A stretch of 32,000 nt of DNA from Pseudodesulfovibrio mercurii (GCF_000189295.2 NC_016803.1:1020001-1052000); one strand, 5' to 3'. Counted from the stretch's first letter, positions 10,220-19,954 are shown. Notes: generated from the letters alone by a model not told the origin. Numbers and translations are program-made.

Positions 10220-11125
10220 TCAAAGGGCCATGAGCAGCCAGTACCACAGGGGGCGGGTCAGGATGGAGAGGGGGACGCCTATGCCGAGCATGGCCGCCGC
10301 CAGGCGGGGGCGCGCGCCGTAGGTCATGGCGATGATCCCTCCGGAGATCATCGGGCCCATGCCCGCCTCGAAGATCGTGACCTTGGCGGCCATGTCCGTC
10401 AGCCCCAGGACCCAGACGTAGAGAACGAGGATGAGGACCGGCGCGATCATCAGCTTGTACCCCAGCCCGACGAGGAGTTCCCGGCCCTTGCCGCGCAGGG
10501 TGTTGAACCGCAGGGTCAGCCCCACGGACAACAGGGCCAGGGGGCTCAGGGTGGAGCCGAGGCGGGAGAGCATGCCTTCGAGCCACGACGGATACGGGAC
10601 CGCGTGCAGGGCGAAACCGACGGCGATGGCGATGAGCGGAGGAAAGAGCAGGACCTTGCGGACCAGTTCGCGCCCGCTCAGGGTTTGGCTGGAAGCGCCC
10701 GCGGCCAGCAGGATGCCCGGCCCGGCCAGGACCATGAAGGAACCCGCCGTGTCGCAGAGCATGCCCACGCCGAGATACTGCGGGCCGAAAAAGGCCTCGA
10801 TCATGGGCAGCCCCACGAAGGAGGTGTTGCCCAGCCCGCCGGTCAGGGCCAGGCAGGCCACGGTCTTGCGGTCCCAGCCCAGGCGGCGGCCCAGGACGGC
10901 GAACAGGACGTAGCCGACGCCGAAGACGATCCAGGCCATGGCCGCGGGCGGGATCAGCCCCGGTCCGAGCGGCAGGTCGTGGGCGTAGAGCAGGGCCAGG
11001 GCGGGCAGCGACATGTGGATGATGACCGCGTTCAGCGCGGCGGGACCGTGCTCGCCGATGATCCCGGCCACGCGCAGACCGATACCGAGCAGGAAGCAGA
11101 CGCCCAACAAGAGAAAATTGTCCAT
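10220..11125 (-). CDS. AEC-family (auxin efflux carrier-like) membrane transporter
   Basis: 301 aa, polytopic and hydrophobic. The pattern ...LPALALLY..., GLGNTSFVGLPMIEAFFG is typical of AEC/mleP-type permeases. Confidence 0.8.
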   Translation of the reverse strand: MDNFLLLGVCFLLGIGLRVAGIIGEHGPAALNAVIIHMSLPALALLYAHDLPLGPGLIPPAAMAWIVFGVGYVLFAVLGRRLGWDRKTVACLALTGGLGNTSFVGLPMIEAFFGPQYLGVGMLCDTAGSFMVLAGPGILLAAGASSQTLSGRELVRKVLLFPPLIAIAVGFALHAVPYPSWLEGMLSRLGSTLSPLALLSVGLTLRFNTLRGKGRELLVGLGYKLMIAPVLILVLYVWVLGLTDMAAKVTIFEAGMGPMISGGIIAMTYGARPRLAAAMLGIGVPLSILTRPLWYWLLMAL

Positions 11126-11284
11126 GAAGCACTCCGGATATGGTCAGTCCGTTACCGGGATTTCGCGGCGATTTCAAGGAGTTCCGCCCTCACACGATCC
11201 CCGCACCGCCCTTTTGCGCATTTCCCGACAAAAAGTGCTTGCAAACCGCCCGCCCGGCATATATAAGCCTCTTCGCCTGAACGT

Positions 11285-11371
11285 GCCGAAGTGGTGGAAT
11301 TGGTAGACACGCATGGTTCAGGACCATGTGGCCGTTCGGCCGTGGAAGTTCGAGTCTTCTCTTCGGCACCA
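11285..11371 (+). tRNA. tRNA-Leu (anticodon CAG), class II with a long variable arm and an encoded CCA
   Basis: Hand-folded. Acceptor GCCGAAG/CTTCGGC. D-arm GTG-GAATTGGTAGA-CAC. Anticodon stem CATGG/CCATG with loop TTCAGGA (CAG). Variable arm GGCCGTTCGGCC. T-arm GGAAG-TTCGAGT-CTTCT. Discriminator A plus CCA. Confidence 0.9.
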
Positions 11372-11386
11372 GTAAAGAACAAGGGT
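11351..11386 (+). repeat. attL: 36-bp direct repeat covering the T-loop to the 3' end of tRNA-Leu plus 15 nt downstream
   Basis: CGAGTCTTCTCTTCGGCACCAGTAAAGAACAAGGGT recurs at 29941-29976 with one mismatch (C11370 versus A29960). Confidence 0.85.
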
Positions 11387-11420
11387 TGCGGTTAATACAC
11401 CGCAACCCTTTTTCTTTTTT
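11381..11420 (+). terminator. Intrinsic terminator of tRNA-Leu (island-side copy)
   Basis: AAGGGTTGCGG (11381-11391), loop TTAATACA, CCGCAACCCTT (11400-11410), followed by TTTTTCTTTTTT. Confidence 0.7.
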
Positions 11421-11511
11421 ATCCGGCAAGTTACGTGATTGTCTTCGTTTCGGCGTGATTTGACCCCAAGGGGTCAAAGTACCCGGAATCGTCTGCCGCC
11501 GGAGACGTCAC

Positions 11512-12916
11512 ATGCCCCAAACCGCGCGTTCCCCGAACCACCTTTACCGGAACGCGCTCAATCTATTACTTTCACCACGTCATCCCGCACGACCTGCGGA
11601 ACTCGTTGGGCCGCTCCGAAGTCAGGATGTCCCTACAGACCGACTACCTGGCCGAAGCAAGGCCCAAGGCCCGACTATTGGCCTCGGGCGTAAACCGGAT
11701 ACTGACCAAGATGAGGAACGGTGAACTCCCCATGGATGATTTCGACCCGATAAAAGTGTTCATGAACGACTGGCTCAAGCGTTTCCTGAAAGGAAATGAA
11801 CACATTGCCATCAACAAGCTCACCCCGCCCATCCACACACGCAATACGTGCCGGGAGATACCGGAAGGATTATCGAAACGCTCAAGGACCTGATGGTGTC
11901 CAAAGACTACGCCACCATGCGGAAATACACGATCATGGCGGCTGAAGACGGGGCTTTCGGCCCACCTGACTCGCTCCCCTTGTCCGATGAGTTCGCGCAC
12001 GAATTCATCAAAACCCTTATCGCCTACTATCGCATCATCAGCCACCGGGCCGAAGGCGATCACACCTTTGAAAAATCCATCCTTCCGCCCGAATCAGTCG
12101 CTCCGCAGCCGACACAGGAACCCAAGCCCCAAATCCTGCTTTCCGAAGCCCTGGAACGCTACAAGACGGACAGGATCTCCGCCAAGCGCTGGAGCGAGGG
12201 CAGTGCCAAGGCCATCCTGTCCACGCTCAACAGCCTGACCGACATCCTCGGCGACATTCCGGTGGATGAAGTGGACCGGCAAGCTGTGCGCCGATACCCT
12301 GCTCCAACTCCCCAGATTTCGGAATAGCAAACGATTCAAGGGCAAGACCATCCAAGAAATGGTCGCCCTTGAACCAGACAATACCGTTGCCGTCAGCACC
12401 GTGAATAACAACCTGACCAACATCTCATCATTTTTGACGTGGTGCGAGGACGAGCAGCTCATTCCCACCAACCCGCCCACCGTCTGAAAATCAAAGAAGA
12501 AAAGCCGGAAACGGAGCACCGCTCCCCGTACACGACCAACGACTTGAAAAACATCTTCAACGCGCCTCAATATGTTGACGACACATTCCTGCACCCGTCC
12601 GACTTCCGGTGCCCTATTCTTTCCCTTTTCACGGGCGCACGGCGTGAGGAGGTATTCCAACTCCACGTTGAAAAGGGTGTGGGTCCTGGACATCAACAAG
12701 GAAAAGAATGTTCATGGGTTCTCCAACTTCTTCAAGCAGAAGAAGATGCAGGACGACCCGTTCGAACAGACCTTTGGCCACAAGCTCAACAAGATGTCCG
12801 CAGAAATATTTGGCGGGTGTTTCCCGGCCTCCATGTGCTTCGAGGAGGTCATAGCCCACCTCGACTATGGGGTGGACCTGTCTCATCTGGTAAAATCGAA
12901 ATACGTTCCCAAATGA
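11512..12916 (+). pseudogene. Decayed tyrosine integrase (phage/ICE type, DUF6538-like N-terminus) with multiple frameshifts and internal deletions
   Basis: Integrase-like pieces are spread over at least 5 ORF fragments in alternating frames. Fragments: HLYRN / IYYFHHVIPHDLRNSLGRSEVRMSLQT; VDEVDRQAVRRY / LLQLPRFRNSKRFKGKTIQEMVAL...STVNNNLTNISSFLTWCEDEQLIPTNP; YTTNDLKNIFNAP...LSLFTGARREEVFQLHVEK; VLDINKEK...; C-terminal HLDYGVDLSHL. The catalytic-Arg box (TGARREE) is present. I could not find the K, HxxR or Tyr regions. Confidence 0.8.
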
Positions 12917-13069
12917 TGGACCTCATTTGACGGTAGTCCTTTTCTCTGATCGGCCCCAAGCCGACGGGAGGAAAGGACGGTTCCGTGGGGGAGATAACTC
13001 GCCCAGGCGATTCATCTCACCCATGGAACCTCACGCTTAAAAGGGAAACCCAGTCGAAGCGGGGTCCTG

Positions 13070-13802
13070 TCACGGACTGCTGCCAAGGTAGGCGCCGGAC
13101 ACATCCCGCCTTCCTGCGGGATGCCCTGCGGTCACTTCGATGTCGTCACGGACTTCGGCGTTGAGCCGGGGCCATTCTTCCCCGGCCTGTCGGATTGGCT
13201 TACCCAAGCCAACGCCCGTTCCAAGGCCTCCTGCTGCTTGTCGGACAGATGGGCCAGCGTCCTGGGCCGTCCCCCTTCGTCCCATACTGGACGAGCAGGC
13301 TGCGGCCTTCCCTGTTCCAGTCCGTGTCCAGATCGACTTTGGCCGATTCTTCTCGGCGAACGCCCAGTTCCCATTGCAGGCGGATTTGGGCGGCACACCG
13401 GGGACCGTATTCATGGGCAAGCTCTTTTCCCAGCTTGTCGATTGCCCCCTGCACGAAGGCGGGGGCAACCGCTTTGCTGTTGGCGTTGGCAATGCTGCCC
13501 GGCCGAACGTCGAACACGTCATTGGTCGGGCTGATGCCGGTATTCCCATAGGCCTTGCAAAGGTCACGGGCCGCCGAAAATATGTCGGCGATGCGTCCGT
13601 CACCCTTGCCTTCTTCCTGCATTTGCCGGGCAACAGCCGAAAAGTGCTTATTCGTGACATTGGTCCATTTGCGAACCCCGAACCCTGCACGGCGAAGCCG
13701 CTTGGCAAAGGCTCGGGCATTCTGACGAACCCTGTGTTGCTTCGAGCGCGGCGCTGAGAGGGTTGCCCTGTTCGCGCCCAGCACCAGAGTGATGGATTTC
13801 AT
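13070..13802 (-). pseudogene. Second recombinase remnant (Integrase_1/Phage_int_SAM_2-like), frameshifted and truncated
   Basis: Start ATG at 13802, preceded by GGAAGGAGA. The sequence ...WTNVTNKHFSAVARQMQEEGKGDGRIADIFSAARDLC...QIRLQWELGVRREES...LVQYGTKG then needs a frameshift to continue GGRPRTLAHLSDKQQEALERALAWV (ORF 13132-13398). No HxLRH or Tyr region follows. Confidence 0.5.
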
Positions 13803-14556
13803 GTAAATCTCCTTCCTGAAATTCGGGACAGCGCCCTGGGACAAAGCAGGTCGGACCTTCCCCGTTTGCCGGGAAATGACCTACCTATGGCGTGAATGCG
13901 CCACACAACAACCGACACGGGACAAATCAATGTCCGTTTCCCACAGAAGGAAAAATTCTGAGAATCCATTCAATAAGGGGTGCCACCACGCAGGCTCGTT
14001 CATCCTGCGCATAAAGCGGTGGTCGTGGGGGAATTTCGACAACGGCAGATTTCTAGATACCTGTCGTTTGTCCGGCGAGGGTGCTGTGTTCCAGCCTGGC
14101 GTTTGGATGTAAAAGCGGGCCGTTTGGAAATGAACGGCAGAGAAGTGTTTGGTGTTACGCATGTTAGTGCCAACATAAGCGTTCATAAGTTTTAACGAAG
14201 TCTAAACTGATGAACGCGCCTTGGATGCGTTTTACCTCCTTCCGGTTACTCAACCTGACTGGTTATGCCCTGTCGTATCATCTCGGGAAATCGTCGCGCA
14301 AGGTTCGGCGGATGGGTTTCTGTCCTCCCGCCGATTTTCCCGCGAGCATGACGCAAGCCTGTCCACCTAAAAGTCGTCGCTCAGGGGGCCGAAGAACCAA
14401 GGCCACTTCTATCAGTCGGAACTCCCTGAAATTAGGCCATTGACCGTTTTCTGTATAATGAGTAGGCGGAAGCGACAAATGAATTTTAAAAGGCTCGCTG
14501 CATGGCATTTATCGGCCGTGCAGGAGCCTTCAGTTTCTTATTTGGAGTATGCTCTC

Positions 14557-17373
14557 ATGCCGAGCCAGAAGTTTATCGATGCCGTTTCAGATTCATTTCC
14601 CAAGGATCAGGTCTATCTGGACGAGGTGATCGTCCACGCCTTGTCCTTGGACGCAAGCCCCTTCGAGCCCCGCGCCAAGATGCTCGTGGATGTGCGCAGC
14701 GAAGAGGAGTTGCAGGATCTGTTGTCCCTGGCGCGTGAGCACGGTGCGGGTTTGACCTTCAGGGGCGCCTGTTCGGGCATCAACGGGCAGACCGTGGGCG
14801 AGGACGTCATGGTCCGGTTCCGCGGGCCTGCCTGGACCGGGATTAGGGTCCTCGACAACGGTGATTCCATATGGGCCCAGAACATGGTTCCGGGGCAGGC
14901 CCTTAACGGAGCCCTGGTCCCGTTTGGCCGCATCATCGGCCCCGATCCCGGGTCCATCTCGGTGGCCACCCTGGGGGGCATGGCCGCCAACAACTCCACG
15001 GGCATGTGTTGTACCATAGAGCAAAGCATCTTCCACACTATGAGGTCCATGCGCGTCCTCCTGGCGGACGGGACCATACTGGACACGTCCGACGAGCATT
15101 CCCGCACGGCGTTCCGCAAGGCCCACGAAGAGCTCCTGAGCGGTCTTGCCGATATCCGGGCGCGCATCCTTGCCGATGACGAACTCAAAGGGAAGATCAA
15201 GCGCAAGTACTCCATCCGCAATACCTCAGGCTACAGCATGAATGCCTTCACTGAGTTCGAGGACCCCATGGATATCCTCGTGCATCTGATGATCGGTTCC
15301 GAGGGAACCCTCGGATGCATCCTCGACGTCTGCCTGAAGACCGTCGTGCTGGAGCCCTGCCGGGCCACGTCCTTCATGCTGTTCCCGTCATTGGAAAACG
15401 CGATCCAGGCCATTTCCGTGCTCAGTCGGGAAAAGGGCCTCGCCAGGGCCGCCGAACTCATGGACCGGGTGACCCTCAAGGCCGTCGAGTCCTTTCCTTC
15501 CACCTCGGATATCGTCCACACCCTGGACGACAAGGCCTGCGCCGTGCTTCTGGAGACCCAGGCCAGGGATGAAGCCACCTTAAAACAGCGTACCGATACC
15601 ATTCTGGAGCTGCTGAAGGATATTCCCTGTCTAACCGAGCACGAGTTCGTCACGGATCCAAAGGACTACGCCCGTCTGTGGGATATGCGGCGAAACACCT
15701 ATCCCGCCTTTGCCGGGTTTGGCGGCCCCTCCGAGTTCACTGTCACCGAGGACTGGTGCGTCCCGCCCGAAAGGCTGGGAGAAGCTGCCGAAACCTTGCA
15801 GAACCTGCTGGAAAAGCATGGTTTTCAGGGCGGGATCATGGGGCATGCCTTTCACGGAAACATGCACTTCATTCTGTCCCTTCCTCTGGCGGAGCAGGCC
15901 GCTGTGGACAATTTGAAGGGACTCACCGAAGACATCGTGGACGTAATGATCGAACATTTCGAGGGTTCCCTCAAGGCGGAGCACGGAACCGGCCGCTCCA
16001 TCGCCCCCTATGTCGCCCGCGAGTGGGGACCGGAAATCTATGGCATGATGCAGAAATTGAAGCGGTTGCTGGATCCTCAGGGCCTTTTCAACCCGGGCGT
16101 TCTCCTTAACGATGACCCGGACTGCAACTTTACCGGCCTGAAGCAGCCTTGGGGGCTGCACGAGTTCGTCGACAACTGCAACGGCTGTGGTTTCTGCGAT
16201 TCGGTCTGTCCCACGAGGGAGATCGGTTTTACTCCGCGCCAGCGCATCTACGTCAAGCGTACCATCGAAAGGCTGCGGAAGCAGGGCGACACCAAGCGGG
16301 CCGAGCATTGGGAGGAGATGTTTCGCCAATACGGTCTGGACATCTGCGCCACGGACGGACTTTGCCAGTTGCGCTGTCCCCTGGCCGTGGACACCGCTTC
16401 CTACATGCGGCATTTGCGCCATGAAAACCTGAGCGATTTCGCCAAAGGCACGGCCCATCGGATCGGCCGGAATTTTTCGAAGGCGGCCGGACTGGCCTCT
16501 ATGGCCCTGACTGTGGGGCGTGGCTCCCAGGAGATCATCGGCCACGGCGGCGTCGCCCTCGTGGATCGTCTGGCCCGCAAGGCCGTGGGCATGTGCGTAC
16601 CCGACCTACCCGCCATGAAGCTGAGGGGCGGTTCATCCGTTCCTTCTGCAAAGGCCAACGCATCCAGGCAGAAGGTCGTGTACTTTCCGTCCTGCGCCGT
16701 GCGTACCATGGGGTATGACAAGGACGGCGGCCCGGGCCAGGTACCGCTCATGGATACAACGGTAACACTTCTGTACCGTGCAGGATATGAGGTGATTTTC
16801 CCGGAGGGGATGAAAAATCTATGCTGCGGCAAGGCCTACGAAACCAAGGGCATGTCCGAGGAGGCCGACCGCAAGTCCGACGAACTCGGCGAATCCCTGC
16901 TCAAGGCCACGGAAAACGGCCGCTGGCCAGTACTCTGCGACACCAGCCCGTGTCTGGCCCGCATGAAAAAGCATCTGGACAAGCGGCTGGCCCTGTTCGA
17001 GCCTATCGAGTTCGCCAAAAAGTTCCTGGTGGACAGGCTAGATTTCGTTCAGCTGTCCAAAACCGTGGCCGTACACCCCACGTGCTCCACCCGGACCATG
17101 GGGCTGACCGACAGCATGGTGGATGTGGCCTCCCTGTGCGCCGAGCATGTGGTATTGCCGGAAGGCATCAACTGCTGCGGTTTTGCCGGGGACAAGGGGT
17201 TCACCCATCCTGAGGTGAACGCTTCGGCCCTGGCCGAGTTGCCCGCCCAGGTGGCGGCCTGCCGGGAAGGGTACAGCACTTCCCGGACCTGCGAATCCGG
17301 ACTGACCCTGCACAGCGGCAAGCCCTACTTCAACCTCCTGTACCTGCTGGAAGAGAGCAGCCGAGGTGCGTAG
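14557..17373 (+). CDS. YdiJ-like fused FAD-linked oxidase / 4Fe-4S / CCG-domain oxidoreductase (D-2-hydroxyacid dehydrogenase type)
   Basis: I prefer ATG 14557 (MPSQKFIDAV), 9 nt after GGAG. The N-terminal FAD_binding_4-like and FAD-oxidase C-terminal regions include KAEHGTGRS. Ferredoxin motifs CNGCGFCDSVCP and CATDGLCQLRCP. Two CCG-type repeats: YFPSCAVRTMG...NLCCGKAY and HPTCSTRTMG...INCCGFAGDKG. Confidence 0.88.
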   Translation: MPSQKFIDAVSDSFPKDQVYLDEVIVHALSLDASPFEPRAKMLVDVRSEEELQDLLSLAREHGAGLTFRGACSGINGQTVGEDVMVRFRGPAWTGIRVLDNGDSIWAQNMVPGQALNGALVPFGRIIGPDPGSISVATLGGMAANNSTGMCCTIEQSIFHTMRSMRVLLADGTILDTSDEHSRTAFRKAHEELLSGLADIRARILADDELKGKIKRKYSIRNTSGYSMNAFTEFEDPMDILVHLMIGSEGTLGCILDVCLKTVVLEPCRATSFMLFPSLENAIQAISVLSREKGLARAAELMDRVTLKAVESFPSTSDIVHTLDDKACAVLLETQARDEATLKQRTDTILELLKDIPCLTEHEFVTDPKDYARLWDMRRNTYPAFAGFGGPSEFTVTEDWCVPPERLGEAAETLQNLLEKHGFQGGIMGHAFHGNMHFILSLPLAEQAAVDNLKGLTEDIVDVMIEHFEGSLKAEHGTGRSIAPYVAREWGPEIYGMMQKLKRLLDPQGLFNPGVLLNDDPDCNFTGLKQPWGLHEFVDNCNGCGFCDSVCPTREIGFTPRQRIYVKRTIERLRKQGDTKRAEHWEEMFRQYGLDICATDGLCQLRCPLAVDTASYMRHLRHENLSDFAKGTAHRIGRNFSKAAGLASMALTVGRGSQEIIGHGGVALVDRLARKAVGMCVPDLPAMKLRGGSSVPSAKANASRQKVVYFPSCAVRTMGYDKDGGPGQVPLMDTTVTLLYRAGYEVIFPEGMKNLCCGKAYETKGMSEEADRKSDELGESLLKATENGRWPVLCDTSPCLARMKKHLDKRLALFEPIEFAKKFLVDRLDFVQLSKTVAVHPTCSTRTMGLTDSMVDVASLCAEHVVLPEGINCCGFAGDKGFTHPEVNASALAELPAQVAACREGYSTSRTCESGLTLHSGKPYFNLLYLLEESSRGA

Positions 17374-17667
17374 AGGTTTCAGCGATCCGATGCCGCCAAT
17401 CTCTGGCAACAATGATCGCTACCCGCAAGCAGTATTGCCGAGTTTAGAAAAAAGTCGCCATTTGATAATAGCCCCTGAATCTGTCCCGCCAAGGCCAATA
17501 CATAAACAAAGAGAACCATTCAAAACAAACGCTTCTGGTAGCAGCCAGTAGCACTAAAGCGAGATTCTTACAGCAGCGCCGGAAAATTTTCATGGGATAA
17601 AATGAAGCCGCTTGGCCTTACGCAAACGGTTTTTGCATATTTAAGACAACCAACAGGAATTGTCCTA

Positions 17668-19200
17668 TTAAGCCGTCTGCGCTATCCCCAGTTTCCTCAT
17701 CTTCGCGCGTAGTGTGCTGGGGTTCAATTTAAGTACTTCGGCAGCGCCGTTTGCTCCTGTAATTTTACCGGATGTCATCGTCAAAACTTTCAGAATATGG
17801 CCTTTGACCGCCGTTTCGAATGACAAGTCAGAGATGTCGCTTTCGGATTCAAACCCATCGAGCTTACGACATATATCCTGAAAGAAATCATTATTTGGAG
17901 TTATGGTAAACGGTTTGTCCGGAGAATTCCCCCAAAGAAGAACCGCGCGCTCAACGGCATTTTGCAACTCACGAATATTACCACGCCAGGAGTAAGCGCA
18001 AAGCTTTTTCATCTCACTGCCGCTTACACGTGGAGGATGGCATATCCCTAAGAATGAGCAGCGTTTTTTTATAAAATATGTAATCAATATAGGAATGTCT
18101 TCTCGCCTTTCCCGAAGAGGGGGAATGTATATCGGAAAAATATTCAAGCGATAAAGCAAGTCCTTGCGAAAACGTCCTTCCTCGCACATTCGTACAATAT
18201 TGCGGTGGGTGGCCGCAATGATTCGTACATCGACAGGAATCTCTGTCGAACCGCCGACACGCTCTATAACGCCTTCTTGCAAGACACGAAGAAGTTTGGC
18301 TTGCGCTAAAATTGGGAATTCACCGAGTTCATCCAGCAAAAGCACTCCATTATTTGCTCGTTCAAACCTCCCCTTTACCGTTTCTGTTGCTCCTGTATAA
18401 CTACCGCGCTCATGACCAAATAATTCACTTTCGATAAGATTTTCCGGCATATTTGCGCAGTTTATCTTAATAAACGGCGCAGACCTTCGCACAGAACCTT
18501 CATATATAGTATTTGCGACGACCTCTTTTCCTGTTCCCGTTTCCCCCAGAATGAGAACAGGGAAAGTTTCTCTACTGACCTTCCAGATTAGTTCATTAAC
18601 GTGTTGCATACCAGGAAGGTCCAGAGGGAGTCTTGAGGCATCCTGCATTTGCCATTGTTTTTGAGATGATGGGATTTTATTTTCGCAAAATTTTGTATAT
18701 GAATCGGCAAATTTAAAAAAATATGATACATGTTTATCGCTATATGCATTATTTTTTTTCGAAACTAGTGCAAGAGTAACCGCAAATTTTTCAAAAATTA
18801 TATTTCTGAAGTACATTAATGAAAAATTTTTATTTTTGATGATAGATTTAGTCGCTTGGCACAAAAGGAATTTATCATCCTGATTCGCTATCCTAACTAT
18901 ACGCTTTGGGCTACTATTCATGACAACTCTACCCTGCTCAATGGAAATCATTTGTGTATAGTGCTCTTCATTTATATCAGGTGCAAATATATTGTATTCA
19001 TGCTCGCCATATAAAGTTGCAGGCAGCGCCAACATTATCATATCAACTGGAAATATGTTTTTAAATAAGAAATAAATCGATTTAACCTTTTCACATATCG
19101 ATGAATTATCTAATAGTATGTCTAGATAACTTTGATATAACGCTTTAAACCTATTGGTGACTTTCCCAAGACTTGAAGGAGGTTCATAGTAAACTCTCAT
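17668..19200 (-). CDS. Sigma-54-dependent transcriptional activator (bacterial enhancer-binding protein) with a GAF-like N-terminal sensor and a C-terminal Fis-type HTH
   Basis: 510 aa. Walker A LILGETGTGKEVVA. ESELFGHERGSYTGA (a GAFTGA variant). Walker B VLLLDELGE. RFRKDLLYRLN. C-terminal AAEVLKLNPSTLRAKMRKLGI. No receiver-domain signature. The N-terminal ~195 aa end in a GAF-like FAVTLALVSKKNNAYSDKHVSYFFKFADSYTKFCEN. Confidence 0.93.
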   Translation of the reverse strand: MRVYYEPPSSLGKVTNRFKALYQSYLDILLDNSSICEKVKSIYFLFKNIFPVDMIMLALPATLYGEHEYNIFAPDINEEHYTQMISIEQGRVVMNSSPKRIVRIANQDDKFLLCQATKSIIKNKNFSLMYFRNIIFEKFAVTLALVSKKNNAYSDKHVSYFFKFADSYTKFCENKIPSSQKQWQMQDASRLPLDLPGMQHVNELIWKVSRETFPVLILGETGTGKEVVANTIYEGSVRRSAPFIKINCANMPENLIESELFGHERGSYTGATETVKGRFERANNGVLLLDELGEFPILAQAKLLRVLQEGVIERVGGSTEIPVDVRIIAATHRNIVRMCEEGRFRKDLLYRLNIFPIYIPPLRERREDIPILITYFIKKRCSFLGICHPPRVSGSEMKKLCAYSWRGNIRELQNAVERAVLLWGNSPDKPFTITPNNDFFQDICRKLDGFESESDISDLSFETAVKGHILKVLTMTSGKITGANGAAEVLKLNPSTLRAKMRKLGIAQTA

Positions 19201-19860
19201 CAGGATACCCTTTTAGTTGCTATTTATTTACTGACATTCAAAAAAATATGTCTGTATAGGACAAACCACAAAAAATTCTGTTTATTAATAAACAAACAAC
19301 GTAAAATTCGGTTCGACCCTACGGTCATTGCGTCATGGTAGATTTACAGCGCCCACGCTGACTTCATGCCAGCTAACTCATGTATACGTCTTGCAAAGGT
19401 CGATACGTGCTTTCAAGCAGATCACCAAGACAAAGCCCGGCACGGTCGAGCTCTCATTTTCCTCTCCCGCCAGAAGCGCCTTCATTGCAAAAAGCGTCAT
19501 TCTAAATTGCCCTCCCCAGCCCACGAATCCATACCAAAACTGATCACGCGCTTCCCCGATTATCAAAAAACGGACTGACCGGTTTACGATTTTGGATGGA
19601 TGGCCTTCCGCTTCATCCGCAGACACCTCAGCCGTCTTCCCCTTTTTCCTATCAGGGCATTCGTCAAGGATGCATCCATCTGAGACCATAAGGAAAACCT
19701 ATAGTCGATTTATCGACATAAAACGGTAAACCGTAATTCCACGTCTAACGCAGCCGTTTTTTCAAAATGTGTTCCCTTAAAAAAAGCCTAACCAGCCTGT
19801 AATTATCAACAGGAATACATTCAACACGTTTCTAGCAGACACGGGGCCAGCTGTCACCGA

Positions 19861-19883
19861 ATAAGACGATAAAAACGTCTTAT
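19861..19883. promoter_or_regulatory. Candidate enhancer (UAS): inverted repeat ATAAGACG-N7-CGTCTTAT
   Basis: Perfect 8-bp arms. The centre lies ~70 bp upstream of the -24 element and ~95 bp upstream of the expected TSS. Assignment to the EBP is inference only. Confidence 0.3.
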
Positions 19884-19939
19884 TTGACGACATGTATGGT
19901 GGATTGTTTTTATGTATTTGTAATATTTGAACTTTTTTT

Positions 19940-19954
19940 TGGCACACATATTGA
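19940..19954 (+). promoter_or_regulatory. Sigma-54 (-24/-12) promoter
   Basis: TGGCAC-ACATA-TTGA versus consensus TGGCAC-N5-TTGC: correct GG/-12 spacing, one mismatch. It is preceded by a T8 run. It lies 58 bp upstream of ATG 20012, which has RBS AAGGAG at 20001-20006. The EBP gene is divergent. Confidence 0.7.

Noticed and set aside
14158-14172. Minus-strand TGGCAC-TAACA-TGCG, a sigma-54-like element.
   Set aside because: The GC dinucleotide of the -12 box is displaced by one position. The only downstream gene on that strand is the decayed recombinase ~350 bp away.
14454-14459. Perfect TATAAT hexamer ~100 bp upstream of the YdiJ-like start.
   Set aside because: There is no acceptable -35 at 17 +/- 1 bp; ATTAGG is there, and the nearby TTGACC is only 8 bp away. 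Consensus E. coli-type hexamers are weak evidence in this kind of genome, so I did not call it as a feature.
14503-14517. TGGCAT-TTATC-GGCC upstream of the YdiJ-like gene, considered as a possible sigma-54 promoter.
   Set aside because: The -12 element does not match TTGC, and the site lies only ~40 nt from the preferred start codon.
12917-14556. Several 70-100-aa ORFs (13876-14112, 13881-14186, 13980-14195, 14210-14443, 14278-14508) in the apparently non-coding stretches flanking the second recombinase remnant.
   Set aside because: They overlap one another on both strands and have no RBS or motif support. They are probably degraded island DNA.
19378-19689. 103-aa minus-strand ORF in a somewhat GC-richer patch of the 811-bp EBP/hydrolase intergenic region.
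   Set aside because: It has no convincing RBS and no recognisable motif. It would sit between a divergent regulator and its target promoter. It may be a gene remnant, but I cannot support a call.
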